DNA from: Octopus sinensis
Taxonomy: Eukaryota
Length of the DNA: 64,000 nucleotides
Assembly: GCF_006345805.1 (NCBI RefSeq)
Contig: NC_043009.1
Span: 22,196,001-22,260,000 of the forward strand
Direction of reading: 5' to 3'
Shown: piece after piece, positions 45,082 to 57,730 of the stretch
How positions within the stretch are numbered: position 1 is the stretch's first letter
Layout: each line of letters opens with the position of its first letter
Made by a program: the position numbers and the translations under genes
Notes under the pieces: model-generated
Databases searched by the model: none
Told to the model about the DNA's origin: nothing
Seen by the model: the letters and a program-made list of their open reading frames with translations, nothing else

Positions 45082-46990
45082 AAGGCAGCGAACTGGCAGA
45101 AGTATTAGAATGCTGGACGAAATTCTTAGCAGTATTTTGCCCATTGCTATGTTCTGAGTTCAAATTCCAAGGTTAACTTTACTTTCCATCATTTCGAGGT
45201 TGATAAATTAAGTACCAGTTGAACACTGGGGTCAATGTAAATGACACAGCCCTTCCCCCAATTTTGCCCTTGTGGAAAAATTTGAAATTATTATTATTAT
45301 TATTATTATGGCAGCAAGCTGGCAGAATTGTTAGCACACCAGGCAAAATGTTTATCAGTATTTTGCCTGTCGCTACATTCTGAGTTCAACTTTGTCTTTC
45401 ATCCTTTTGGAATTGATAAATTAAGTACCAGTGAAACACTGGCGTTGATGTAATCAACTAGTCCCCTCCCCCAAAATTTCAGGCCTTGCGCCTTCAGTAG
45501 AAATGATTATTATTATTATGAAGTCAACGAACTGGCAGAACCATTAGCATGTCAGAGAAAAAGCTTAGTTACACTTGACATTCTGAGTTCAAATTCCACC
45601 ATGTTGACTTTACCTTTCATCCTTTTAGGATCAATGTAATCAAAATTGCTGGCCTTGCACCAAAGTTTGAAAGAATTATCATTATTAAGGCAGTGAGTTG
45701 GCAAAATTGCTAGTGTATCAGAGAGAATGCTTAACAGTATTTCTTCTGGCCTTCTACATTCTGAATTCAAATTCTGCCGAGATCAACTTTGCCTTTCTTT
45801 CTTCCAGAATCAATAACATATAGTTAGTAGTCAAGCGCAGGGTTGTAGTGCACCTGAGCACTGTACACATCATCATCATCATCGTTTAACGTTCGCTTTC
45901 CATGCTAGCATGGGTTGGACGATTCAACTGGGGTCTGGGGAGCCCGAAGGCTGCACCAGGCCAGTCAGATCTGGCAGTTATTATTATTAATATTGGCTTC
46001 TCCTGCTGGCCTTAAACCTCAATATGAAGCCATTATTTTTATTATTAAGGCAGTGAGCTGGCAGAATCGTTAGTAGCAGGCTGGACAAAATGCTTGGCAG
46101 CATTTTGTCTCTCTTTACATTCTGAGTTCAAATTTTGCTGAGGTCAGCTTTGTCTTTCATCCCTTTTGAGGTTAATAAAATAAGTACCAGTTGAGCACTG
46201 CAGGGCAATGTAACTAATTTAACCTTGCCTCTGAAACTGGTGGCCTTATCTCTAAGTTTGAAACCATTCTTCTTCTTATTATTATTAATGCAGCACACTG
46301 GATGAAACACTTAGCGGTATTTCGCCTGTAGCTATGTTCTGAGTTCAAATTCCGCTGAGGTCGACTTTGCTTTCAGGGTCAATAAAATAAGTACCAGTTG
46401 ACCACTGGGGTCAGTGTAATCAACTCATCCCCACCTCCTGCAAGCTGCCCTTGTGGCAAAAATTTGAAATAATTATTTTATTATTATTGATATTATTAAG
46501 GCAGTGAACTGGCAGAAACATTAGCATGCCAGGTGAAATGCTTAGCAGTATTTCGTCTGTCTTTACATTCTGAGTTCAAATTCTACCAGGGTCAACTTTG
46601 CTTTGCATCCTTTCATGGTTGATAAATTAAGTACCAGTTGCATACTGGGGTAAATCTAATCCACTGGCCCCCCTCTCTGGAAACTTCAGGCCTTGTGCCT
46701 ATAGTAGAAAATAATCGTTAACATGCTGGATGGAATGCTTGGCAGTATTTTTCCTATTGTTGTGTTCTAAGTTCAAATTCCACCAAGGTCAACTTTGCCT
46801 TTCATCCCATCAGAGTTGATGAAATAAGTACCAGTAGAAATGATTATTATTATTATGAAGTCAATGAACTGGCATGTCAGAGAAAAAGCTTAGTTACACT
46901 TGACATTCTGGGGTCGATAAAATCAACTAGCCTCTGCCCCAAAAATTTCAGGCCTTGTGCCTTTAGTAGAGAGGATTGTTGATATTATAC
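45082..46990 (+). mobile_element. Array of about 9 head-to-tail SINE family B copies in the last NFXL1 intron; single copies near 15400-15600(-), 16045-16262, 31620-31870, 32482-32700, 35590-35790, 48568-48790, 48915-49130
   Basis: Repeated gctggcagaa..ttagca head, gagttcaaattcc B-box, gcctttcatcctt..gataaa..aagtaccag core (recalled as Meta-domain-like, unverified), (ATT)n tails. Confidence 0.88.
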
Positions 46991-47018
46991 TTATTTTTTC
47001 TTGTATATATCAATTCAG

Positions 47019-47246
47019 ATGCAGGAAGAAGCTGCTAGAAAGAAACAGGAGGAAGAAGAAAGAAAACAACGAATGGAAATTGAAGATTTTGAACGGAAAA
47101 CTAAAAGAATTGGTCGAAAGAAACGCAACAGGGTCTATGAAGAGAAAATTGAATTGACTTTCATGCAGAAATATGGCAAAACTGTCATTACTGTCAGCAT
47201 TGCAGTGATTGCTGTAGCTGCTGGTATCTTTTACATGTCTTCATAA
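47019..47246 (+). CDS. NFXL1: NFXL1 last coding exon (coiled coil plus C-terminal transmembrane segment)
   Basis: ttcag|ATGCAG...TCTTCATAA; EEAARKKQEEEERKQRMEIEDFERKTKRIGRKKRNR then hydrophobic VITVSIAVIAVAAGIFY, the same layout as the NFXL1 C-terminus. Confidence 0.92.
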   Translation: MQEEAARKKQEEEERKQRMEIEDFERKTKRIGRKKRNRVYEEKIELTFMQKYGKTVITVSIAVIAVAAGIFYMSS

Positions 47247-49839
47247 GTTTATTTATCTGAGAATTAATAGCCGTATCATCACATTTTAAAAATATAACAA
47301 TCACAGGGGTTGGGGGACAAAAGAAATAGCCAGAAACAATCATTCAAAAGCAAGTGTTTGTTTGGCCATACGGGATTTCTTTGTGAACAGACTTGTGATC
47401 ACAAGCAGTCTATTTATGACCATCCCATCTATTCTTTAGACACAGTATATTTAGGACTAGATTACCCAATGTGTCCTTCAGTTCTAAGATGATAGGATGT
47501 GATTTGAGTGATATTTTGCTGCTATTTCTAAGAAATTAAGAAGATATGTTTATTCTCTACTTTGGATACTGACTTAAGATGAATATTGTTCACAGGTTAA
47601 AAGATTCACCCTTTTATTAACTATGGGTAGTAATGATGAGTCTACTTAGTATTATGATAAAGACCTTGGGTAGGTCAGTCATTTACGGCTTTAGGTTTGT
47701 TACTGACTGACATGATCGTCTACAGGCAGATTACTTGAATTTTTTTTTTGCAACTGTTACTGGGCCCTTCTACCTCTACACAGCGACAAGGATGCTGAGG
47801 CTGCAATAATGTGAAATGATTGCTATTGAGATAGGTCAAATGGCTAAGTGTATAACTCAATGGTTTATCACTTTAGCCCTTTCTATTCTCATTCTATGCA
47901 GGATACCTTATTTAACTTGCCTCAAGTCTCCTAGCAGTTGAAATTAGGGTGCCATGTCTTTAGGAAAGACATCTTCAATATACTGGTGTTCTATCCAGAA
48001 CTGTCTCTCATCAGCTTTATTCTACAGAAACTGTTTGAAATACTTGTACTACAAATCCCTAAGTTTGTGGAAAATGCAAGTAGCTTAACCATTATGAGTG
48101 GTGACTCTGAAATCCTATTAAGATACAATGATTTAACCCTTTTGTTACCAACCCAGCTGAAACCGGCTCTGTGTACAAATGTCTTGTTTTTAAAAGTTCT
48201 CAATTACAATCTTCCACCAAACCTTAGTTACAATTTATGTCCTTAACACTAGCTGAATGATAACTTTACTAAATTCTTTGTTATTTTTAAGTAATTGAAA
48301 GAAACACAGAGCATCTCAAAATAAGTGCAGTAACGAAAGGGATAATATACAATTTGTGCATTTTGTGTTATATAATTTCATTGTTTCATCTGTTTTGTTT
48401 TTCATTTTATTTGAGAGCAGATTTAGATTCTATGGCAGTTGAACATGCTAAATTCTAATAATCTGAATTTGAACTTTTCTCAGTGGCAACTGATTTCTTC
48501 CTACAACCTTTTTTCTCTCTTCTTTCTTAATTTTTTTTTATGTCTTTTATTGATATTATTGATCCCAGTGTGGCAAGTTGGCAGAATTGTTAGCACACTA
48601 GGTAACACGCTTAGCAGCATTTCATCTGTCCTTACGTTCCAAGTTCAAATTCTTCCTGGGTTGACTTTGCCTTTCATCCTTTCAAGGTCAATGAAATAAG
48701 TACAAGTTATGCACTGGGGTCGATGAAATCAACTAGCTACCTCTCCCAAAATTTCGGGCATTGCGCCTATATTAGAAAGAATTATTGATCCCAGTATTAT
48801 GTTGTTCCCAGTGATCCAATATATTTTCGTCTAGAAGTGATGTCCACTTTTAGATGGAGAAAATAGAGTTGGAGGAGTCAACAATAGAGATTTAGTTATA
48901 TTATTGTCAGTTTAAGGTGGCAAGCTGGCAGAATTGTTAGCATGCTGGACAAAATACTTTGAGGTATTTCTTCTGGTCTTATGTTCTAAGTTCAAATAAC
49001 ACAATATCAACTTTGCCTTTTATCCTTTCAAGGTTGATAAAACTAGAATATTTTGAGCACTGGGGTCGATATAATTGACTGATTCTCTCCCTAAATTTTC
49101 AGGCCTTCTACCTAGAACAGAAAGTTATTGTATGTCAGTTTAACATGTATTTTATTATATAAAAAAATGGAGTTCTTTAAGCAAATTTTGGGGGTTTAGG
49201 TGAACTGACGAACTATAAGCCATTGATATTGTTTCAAAGATATTGTTTCATTTTCCCTGTGATTTTTATTGTTGTGCAAATGTAAGCCTTCTTTGTTTAG
49301 CAAATTGGTGAGCTTCAGATATTTTATTCTCTTTAAGAAACCATTACATTTTCAATAATACCATATCAAAAACAAGGTTAAAAAAATCAAGAATCCACGA
49401 TTGGGAAATTAAGAGTTTGAGTAAAGGTGTCTCACCAGCCTCTCAAATTTTAATAGCATTCCCAAGAAAAGTTATCTTTGACCATTGTAACTAATTATAT
49501 CTTCATATTTATATCATAATATTTATTAATGAGATTCTTAGAAAAACACATGTCTTGTCAACAATTTCTTGTTCTTAAGAAATTATCTATTACTGTTACC
49601 AATGTCTTTGTAATACAGATACAAATACTACAGTACAACTTAATATGTGGCAAAAGGGCAATTGAGTTGGCAGAAGAAATGGATCACTGGATTAAAGGAT
49701 TAACAGTATTTGGTGTCATAGTTTTGTATACTGAGTTCAAATGCCAACACTATCGACTTCATTTACATTTTTCTGGTGTTGATAAAATAACATATTGGAA
49801 CTGATTCAATTGTAATACATAAATCTATGTACATACTCA

Positions 49840-49902
<63 letters not shown>

Positions 49903-51474
49903 ATATCTGTATAGTAGTGCAACCCATGCCAGGACAATGATGGGCTATGTAAACCTCGTATTTACCACATGAAGCACTTCTACAGATACTGGCTATCAAG
50001 CAATTGAAAAGTCAAGCTTTTTCGCTCTGCGACTTGAATTATCTGAAAATCCACAAATATCCATTGAGTATTTATGACAAATATCAAAAGAATGGAGTTC
50101 ACAAGTCGTTTTCATTTACAATTGTTACATCATTATTCAATATAATCAATCTGATGTAATACTATAACCATTCTGCAACTATTGATTAATTTTATGTGCT
50201 AAGTAGAATTTCTTTTATAACACATGTTGAACATGATTCCTCAGAATTCTGTATGAAATATATGCCAACTGATTCAAAATCTATTAAGGAGATTATAAAA
50301 GAAATCCTTCATAGTACATGAAAATTGATAGTTTCTGGAATGATTACAGCATTATGTATGATTGGCAATATTGAATGATAATGAAACGATTGTAAATAAA
50401 GTATTAAAATGATTTGCTTACTCCCTTCTTTGATATTTATCGTTATATATACATGCCTACACTCAAATGAAGAATCTAGAAAAGTCTAATACACCACAAC
50501 ACTCTTTGTCTATAAATATGTGGCCTTCAGCTAAGTTGAAAGGAATAAATATTAAGATGGCAAATTTCACAGATATAGAATCATTTTCTGGAAAACTGAG
50601 TTTGAGTCATTTGATTCCTGGCTGGAACAATTTCTATTCTCCCCAAGTCAAAAGCTTTATAAAAAAAGAAGGCAAAAACTTCACAGCTTCCCATGAAATA
50701 TCCTCTAAAAACCTCTCAGGCTTCATGTCTTTATAAAAATAAAATCATTATTAGTATTAAGCTTTAAATATATTTTTTCTGTATATTTTCTAAAATAACC
50801 TATTCTTAAATATTTTCTAATTCATGGAATTTATGTATCATAGTTGTATTCTACAAAATAACCCTCATTGATATTTTGTTCTTTTTAAATTTTATAACTA
50901 CTATTGATGAGAAATAAAAAAACATACACTACCATTTGTTTTTTTTCTTTCTTCTTACATTCATCTTTACAATATAGAATTTATGTTCACACAAACACAC
51001 ATGATTTTGGTTATTCTTGTTCAGTGTAAATGCTACAGTCAAAAACATTAGTTGCAATAATCCAATTTTCAAATACTAGAAATGATCAGTTAATGACGAA
51101 GTGAAAAACTTAAGCAATACATTGATAAAAACAAATGAACAGATTTGGCAGTTTTAGCAGATTCAGTGAAACAGTGTTGTTCACTATACATCTTTGTGGT
51201 TGTTGAATGTAATACTTTTTTCAAAGATCTGAATATTCGTGAATTTTGATTTGATTTATTTATTTCTGTCTCAATTCTATCACTGCATGTGTGTGTGTAT
51301 GTGTAAAAATAAAATACAAAGTGGAGTTTAAAATGTTTTGGTAGCATCTTATTGATGCATTTTAAAATTACATCATAGAAACATTTTCAGGTAGAGTTTT
51401 AAACATGTATAACCAGGCAAGTTAGAAACTATGTCGACCCAACTCTGAGATCAGCTACTTCAATCAACAGAAGT

Positions 51475-51670
51475 TTGGTAGATAGGGCAATTAAGGATAT
51501 GAAAACAGGGAAAGCCACCGGCCCATCAGGAATCACTGGACCAGGTGATGGTAGTCATAGCTCAATTAAGGAGAGAGTTAGTGTAGATAAAATTCAGTCT
51601 GGATTTGAGCCAGTCAGTTGCACAAAGGATGCTATATTCCTGGTTAGGCAACTACAAGAAAAAATCTGTT
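51475..51670 (+). mobile_element. Internally deleted RTE RT fragment just downstream of the ZNF stop
   Basis: RAIKDMKTGKATGPSGIT..DAIFLVRQLQEK. Confidence 0.75.
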
Positions 51671-51702
51671 TAACATTTCAAAAGAATGGTTTACCACAGA
51701 TT

Positions 51703-52998
51703 TCACAGCAATGTTTTCTCTCCTATGTGAACACGCTTGTGTTTAGTTAAGTTTTCATTCTGAGTGAATGATTTACCACAAAAATCACAGTGATATGGTT
51801 TCTCTCCTGTATGAATGCGAATATGCACAACTAAGTGGTCATTCCGAGAGAATGATTTACCACAGATATCACAACAATATGGCTTCTCTCCTGTATGAAT
51901 GCGATAGTGTTTAGCTAAGCTATCATTGTGAGAGAATGATTTACCACAGATATCACAGTGATATGGCTTCTCTCCTGTATGAATGCGATTGTGCATATCT
52001 AAGTTATCTTTCTGAGAAAACGATTTACCACATGTGTCACAGTGATATGGCTTCTCTCCCGTATGAATGAGATTGTGCACAGCTAAGTGACCATTCTGAG
52101 TGAATGATTTACCACAGACATCGCAGGAATACGGTTTCTCTCCTGTATGAATATGATTGTGTTTAGCTAAGTTATCATTCTGAGAGAATGATTTACCACA
52201 AATATCACAGCGATATGGCTTCTCTCCTGTATGAATGCGATTGTGTTTAGCTAAGTGTTCATTCTGAGAGAACGATTTACCACAAATATCACAGTGATAC
52301 GGTTTCTCTCCTGTATGAATGCGACTGTGCATAGCTAAGTTATCATTCTGAGAGAACGATTTACCACAGATATCACAGCAATATGGCTTCTCTCCTGTAT
52401 GAATGCGTCTGTGCACAGCTAAGTGACCATTCTGTGAGAATGATTTACCACAGACATCACAGCAATATGGTTTCTCTCCTGTATGAATGCGACAGTGCTT
52501 AGCTAAGCTATCATTGTGAGAGAATGATTCACCACAGATATCACAGCGATATGGTTTCTCTCCTGTATGAATGCGATTGTGTTTAGCTAAACTGGTATGA
52601 CAAGAAAATGATTTTTCACAGACATCACACTGAAATGGTTTTTCCCTTGTATGAATGCGCTTGTGTTTTGTTAGGTGATAACCAATATAGAATGATTTAT
52701 CACAGATATCACACTGATATTGTTTCTCACTTGTATGAATAAGCTTGTGATCAATTAACTTTTGTTTCCGAGAGAATGATTTACCACAGGCATCACAGTG
52801 ATATGGTTTTTCCCCTGTATGAATACGTCTGTGGTCAATTAAGTGCACATTCCGACGAAATGTTTTACCACAGATATCACAGTGATGTGGCTTTTCTCCT
52901 GTATGAATACGTTTGTGAGTTGTAAGGCTATATTTTTGAGAAAACGATTTATGACAAATATCACATTGGTGTGGGAATTTTCCAAAATCTTTCGACAT
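51703..52998 (-). CDS. Tandem C2H2 zinc-finger protein, 15 fingers, 431 aa, no effector domain visible
   Basis: Open ORF from ATG at 52998; 15 CX2C..HX3H units at 28-aa spacing with TGEKPY linkers; typical of the expanded octopus C2H2 family. Confidence 0.95.
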   Translation of the reverse strand: MSKDFGKFPHQCDICHKSFSQKYSLTTHKRIHTGEKPHHCDICGKTFRRNVHLIDHRRIHTGEKPYHCDACGKSFSRKQKLIDHKLIHTSEKQYQCDICDKSFYIGYHLTKHKRIHTREKPFQCDVCEKSFSCHTSLAKHNRIHTGEKPYRCDICGESFSHNDSLAKHCRIHTGEKPYCCDVCGKSFSQNGHLAVHRRIHTGEKPYCCDICGKSFSQNDNLAMHSRIHTGEKPYHCDICGKSFSQNEHLAKHNRIHTGEKPYRCDICGKSFSQNDNLAKHNHIHTGEKPYSCDVCGKSFTQNGHLAVHNLIHTGEKPYHCDTCGKSFSQKDNLDMHNRIHTGEKPYHCDICGKSFSHNDSLAKHYRIHTGEKPYCCDICGKSFSRNDHLVVHIRIHTGEKPYHCDFCGKSFTQNENLTKHKRVHIGEKTLL

Positions 52999-55649
52999 TT
53001 TAACCTTTTAGTATTCAAATTACTCTGGTATTTGTAATTCTTTTTCATTCACGTTGTTTTGAATTAAGCCTGTGACTTTATCTCATAGGTTTGAAATTTC
53101 AACAATGTGATTATTTTTAGAGTGGCATTGTAGGGTAGATATGAGAGGTCAAATCCAGTTGGTTTGATTATGAAATAGTCAGAATATATGGGCCGGATAT
53201 GGCTGGTTTAAACACAAAAGGGTTCAGAAAAAGAAAATCAATTTTCAGACTTTATCATATAATTAAGTTTTCCATATATATATATATATGTAGGAATATT
53301 TTTCTTATTTCTCTTTTTATAACTTGTTCATAACAACTATTTGGTCTGTTCCATCAACTGTGATCCTTGCTGATATCTGAAGGTGCAGAAAGCGTCTTTG
53401 TAATTTAATCCAAGCTTATTTCAAATGAAATTAATCTGCTACATATATTAAGCAGTGAATGTGAGAAATGTTGATGACAATCTCATAGAGAGGAAACGTT
53501 TCACTATAATTCATCGCCAATTTATATAAACATGGTTATACCTCTTCTGTATAACAGCTTCCTTTAGTCTATCAAAGAAGATGAATAATAAAGATGTCAG
53601 ATATAAAAATTCCTTTTCTGCCAATATCATCAGTTATTCTGAAATAAAAGAGAAAGAATATAAGAAATCAAAGACTGCCAAAGTGAAAAGATTCAACAGC
53701 ACATGCACATATGTACATACAATATATATATACAACGCATAGCCGATACATACAATATATACTCTCTTTGGTCACACTGCTTTTGCAGACTCCCATGATT
53801 CTCTGTCACCATCCAATTCCATTATTAAAAATTTGAATTGGGAGATCGAGTCATAGTGAATCTTTCATTGGCTGATTACAAAACCATTGCACAAAAGCCC
53901 ATGTATGAAATGCTTTCTGCTTATCAAGGTATTTTGGCAATACTGTGTTGATAAAACTAGAAAATTCCAGTAGGTGTAGCTCCTTCTCATTTGTGCATCC
54001 TTCTTCACCCTGTTAGAATATATCTTTCTCTCTATGGTCATGACATCTTGAAGTTTTAATACAATTTCTTTACAGACTTGTGCTACAAACTAGGTTTTGA
54101 GCCCTTCTGAAACTAATTGGCATCAGAAGACAAAGTTCTTAATGAAGAATACAGCATCCTTTGAGTAGCTGTTTGCCTCTTTGTTTTTGCATTCTGTGTT
54201 TCTATGTTCTTTGGTCTGTTTTCACAGAGCTGGAGATACTGCTTCACCATCTCATATGCAGGTCATTTCAGTTTCCATTTAGCTTCAGTGTTCTTACATT
54301 TCATATGGCAATTGTGATGCTCCCTCATCAATATTCTTTCCTGTTAGGTCACATGTAGTACACAAACAAAACCACCCTGGTGGAAGATAACACTATCATT
54401 AGCAACCAAGGTCACAAGTGATTAGATATAGAGTTGTTGCTTGGCTTGTTTGTCATACAAAATCTTGGCTACGTAAACTGATACGTCTCCTGATTGAAAA
54501 ACAGCTAATTTCTTTCAGCTATGTACCTTGTCCTGATAATGAACAAAGCACAGGTGTGGCAGGGTGGTTTTGTTTCTGTACTACTTGTGACCTGACAGGA
54601 AATATTTTTGACAAAGGGAACAGCACAATTGCCACATGAAATGTAAGAACACTGAAACTAAAATGACCTACATGGTGAAGCAGTGAAAACAGACCAAAGA
54701 ACATAGAAACATAAACTGCAAAAACAAAGATAGATAGATTTAAAAATGGATAAAGACTCCCTTCAGACATGCATGATCATGGGATTGCACCTACAAAGTT
54801 CCCATCCTAGGCACAAATCTGGGAAAAGTTGTTCATACCAGCCTCCCCTCTCCATACCACCGATGTTTATCCAAGGGAGAGACAAAGGTCGATACAACTT
54901 GGCACCAGTGATGTTGCAACTCATTTCTACAGCTGGATGAACTGGAACATCGTGAAATAAAGTGTCTTGCTCAAGAACATGTGTGTGTGTATTTGCGACT
55001 ATGTTTGTCCCACATTACTGGTTGACAACTGGTGTTGATGTGTTTACGTTCCTGCCACCTAGCAGTTCAGCAAAAGAGATTGATAGCAGGCTTTAAAAGA
55101 GAAAATAACTAGCGAGGTCGATTTGACTGTAATTCCTTAAGGTAGTGTCCGAGTATTACTGCACTCTGAATAACTCTATCAAGGAAAAGATGATGCTGTG
55201 AAAATTTGTCTGAGAACTTCTCTTGCCTTGGCTACTGATTTCATTGTAGAAATCATTGCTCTATTGGTGCAATGTTAGCCCAACATGATTTCGCCTTTCA
55301 GCTGAAGGTGTTTGTAACAATAGTGAGAGATTTAGAATATGGACAAGAACCAGATATACCTGTGAAATTATGCCAGTCAAAGGCCAATGTGTAAGCCATC
55401 AGCTGTACATACTCACTTGCTATGCCTCTATATAGTCCTATATACACACACCTATCTACATACACGTATTACCTCTGCATAAAGACTGTTAAATAAACAC
55501 ATACTTTCGAACATGCTTATATACATACATGCATACAAACGTGTTGCTGTTTACCTTATTCGCTCAATTATTGTTTAAAGGTCTTATGACTGATTTCAAA
55601 CTCTGCGGTAGGGAATTGTAGTTTAAAGGTTCGAAAATAAATTTGCCCT

Positions 55650-56160
55650 TACCTCCAATTGCAATCAGGGACCGCGATCAAATGACTCAGTTGTTACGAC
55701 GTCTTGACTCACCTGATTTCCACACCCTGGATCCTCTTCACACTACTTCCTGAAGAACGATGTAAAAAGAGGCGAACTTGACATCATCAAGTCTCTTCCG
55801 GTCCTCCTACGCAGTCTCTCATCTTCACTTCCGCTAAGTTACCCTTCCACTAAAGGAACAGAATTGAGACGAAGCTTGGCCTGTTTAGATGACAGAGAAA
55901 GTTGCGCTTTGTTCTTTTGTTTCCGTCGATATTTAGATGTAGGTAATAATTGTTTCCAGTTTAGGTACAAACACAGCAATTTTAGTGGCTGAGGCCAGAC
56001 ATACTTTATTTTATCATTCTCGGATAGATGAAAGGCGAAGCTGACCGCAGAGAGATGAAGAACGAGATTTACTGCAAGGCTTTTCCCGGTACTATTTAAG
56101 AAGAGTGGTCCCGGTACGCGCACTCACGCTTCCGCGCTAGCTAGTCGTGACTAGTCGATC
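55650..56160 (-). promoter_or_regulatory. Candidate promoter / non-coding first exon of the zinc-finger gene
   Basis: CpG-richer than the flanks, CTTCCG motifs, minus-strand donor CAG|GTGAGT near 55708-55716 and a second AGGTAAGG near 55650; a minus-strand acceptor (ttttatttcag) at 53639-53641 suggests a downstream 5'UTR exon near 53542-53638. The link to the ZNF gene is inferred. Confidence 0.4.
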
Positions 56161-56443
56161 CTTACTTTGTTTTAAAAAATTATTTATTTTGTGTTTTATT
56201 TACTTTGCTAGGTAGTCGTTGTAGGATCGACTCTTCTTAAATAATACCGCTTTTCCCTCGATTCTGAGGGAGAATGGGGTTGGTTGTGTATTCAAATGTA
56301 ACAATGTCCCAATATACCGTGGAAATAAATGTCAGAAGGCATGTTTTGTTTTTTAAAGCCTAGTAATTCATTTGGGATTGCTGACAAGTGTTGGTCAAAG
56401 TGAGCGTAGATATGTAGGGATCAGAGGGAAGGCATGATAACAG

Positions 56444-56577
56444 GAATTTCTTTATTTGGCCCCACGACCACAATACAGAGGGGGACACAACATCACACTG
56501 GGGAAATAAAACAAAACGAATGAGAATGAAATGTTATATAAATGAAAAAATGAAATGGCTTCATGGGCCCCCATTCC
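56444..56577 (-). mobile_element. Short Tx1-family 3' end with 15-bp target-site duplication
   Basis: Minus strand ends tgtccccctctgtatt..gtgg..aataaagaaa like 24715-24755; flanked by direct repeat aaggcatgataacag (56429-56443 and 56578-56592). Confidence 0.65.
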
Positions 56578-56659
56578 AAGGCATGATAACAGATAGATAA
56601 GACGTTTGCAGTGTTGAGGCTGTAAGAATAAAGAACAAGCCGAAGCCAGTGGTACTATG

Positions 56660-57230
56660 GCGTGTTTTCACAAAGGCGAGAGAGAGCATCTGTCATTGCA
56701 TTCTGTGCATCAGAGATATGAAGAATATCATTGGTAAAATGCTAAACAAAATCTAGGTGACGAGTTTCCCGATGCAAGTATTTGACAAGTTTCGCACAAA
56801 GTGCGAAAGTGACTGGATGATGGTCAGTATAGATCGTAACATGATGTCCTTCGAGTAAATGCCGGAGACATTTGATTGTTAGGTACATGGCCAATAGTTC
56901 ACGGCCAAACATGCTATAGCAGGTCTAGGTAGGTTCGAGCTGCCGGGAGAAAAAGCAGGATTGCAAGTATATTCCATGATTTTCTCAGCAGAAAATGTTG
57001 ATTTGCCGAAATGGTTTCCGTCATTGGCACCAAAATGGCCTGAACATTAAGTTGCAGTCTGGAGGAAAAGCGTTGTTTGATCATTACACAATCTGCTGGT
57101 GCATTTTCGGCTAGTTCCTTCATTTGTCTCAATAGCTGTGAAGGCATATGATCAGCAAGGTGTTCATCGTTCACTTATGTGCGAAACTTCTGCTCTGCAC
57201 ATAGAGAAGTCCGTCACAAATTCTCTGTCT
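56660..57230 (-). mobile_element. Ty3/Gypsy LTR-retrotransposon remnant (gag fragment plus RNase H)
   Basis: gag-like LADHMPSQLLRQMKEL..QRFSSRLQLNVQAIL; RNase H FFSRQL..YSMFGRELLAMYL..LRHLLEG..IYTDH..DALSR (56675-56960). Confidence 0.8.
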
Positions 57231-57234
57231 TAAC

Positions 57235-57730
57235 ACTGTAATAAGTGGAATCTGATGGTGGGTCGGTACAGTTCGGGCAAGGTTGTCAAGGCATGGTTAT
57301 GAGACCTCCCCCATGTGTCCGAGGTGCGGGTGCGCCAGTGAAACGGTCGCGCACGCCGTCGTACACTGTGTGGAGCTGAGGGAGTTGATGGCCTATGCCG
57401 AACAGCTGATGTCGGATGCAGAAAGAGTACAGCTCTCGACTGAGTCCATGATAAAGATTGTACCACCTTCCTCTTTCACCAAAGAAAAGAAGGCAGTATT
57501 TCTCTGCGTAGTAAGAACACGGTAGGGAAGACGCGAATGAAAGGGATTGCGACAGGCCAATTCATCCCCGGACGCGGGCTGGTGAATTATTTCGCCGCCC
57601 ATCTTTCCAGCAAGATCCGTCTGGAGAGGAGGAGCCTGTCGCAAAGAGTATTGGGGAAAAGATGGACGGAAGTAGTAAGAAAGATGAGAATGCAAGGAGT
57701 CGTGCTTGCACAGTCGGTCCAGGCATAAAG
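57235..57730 (+). mobile_element. Tx1 ORF2 C-terminal fragment
   Basis: SPMCPRCGCASETVAHAVVHC...VQLSTESMIKIVPP, homologous to the C-termini of both large Tx1 copies. Confidence 0.85.

Noticed and set aside
49980-50160. Possible exon after ctacag in the NFXL1-ZNF interval
   Set aside because: Short open frame ending in a stop, no motif, no convincing donor
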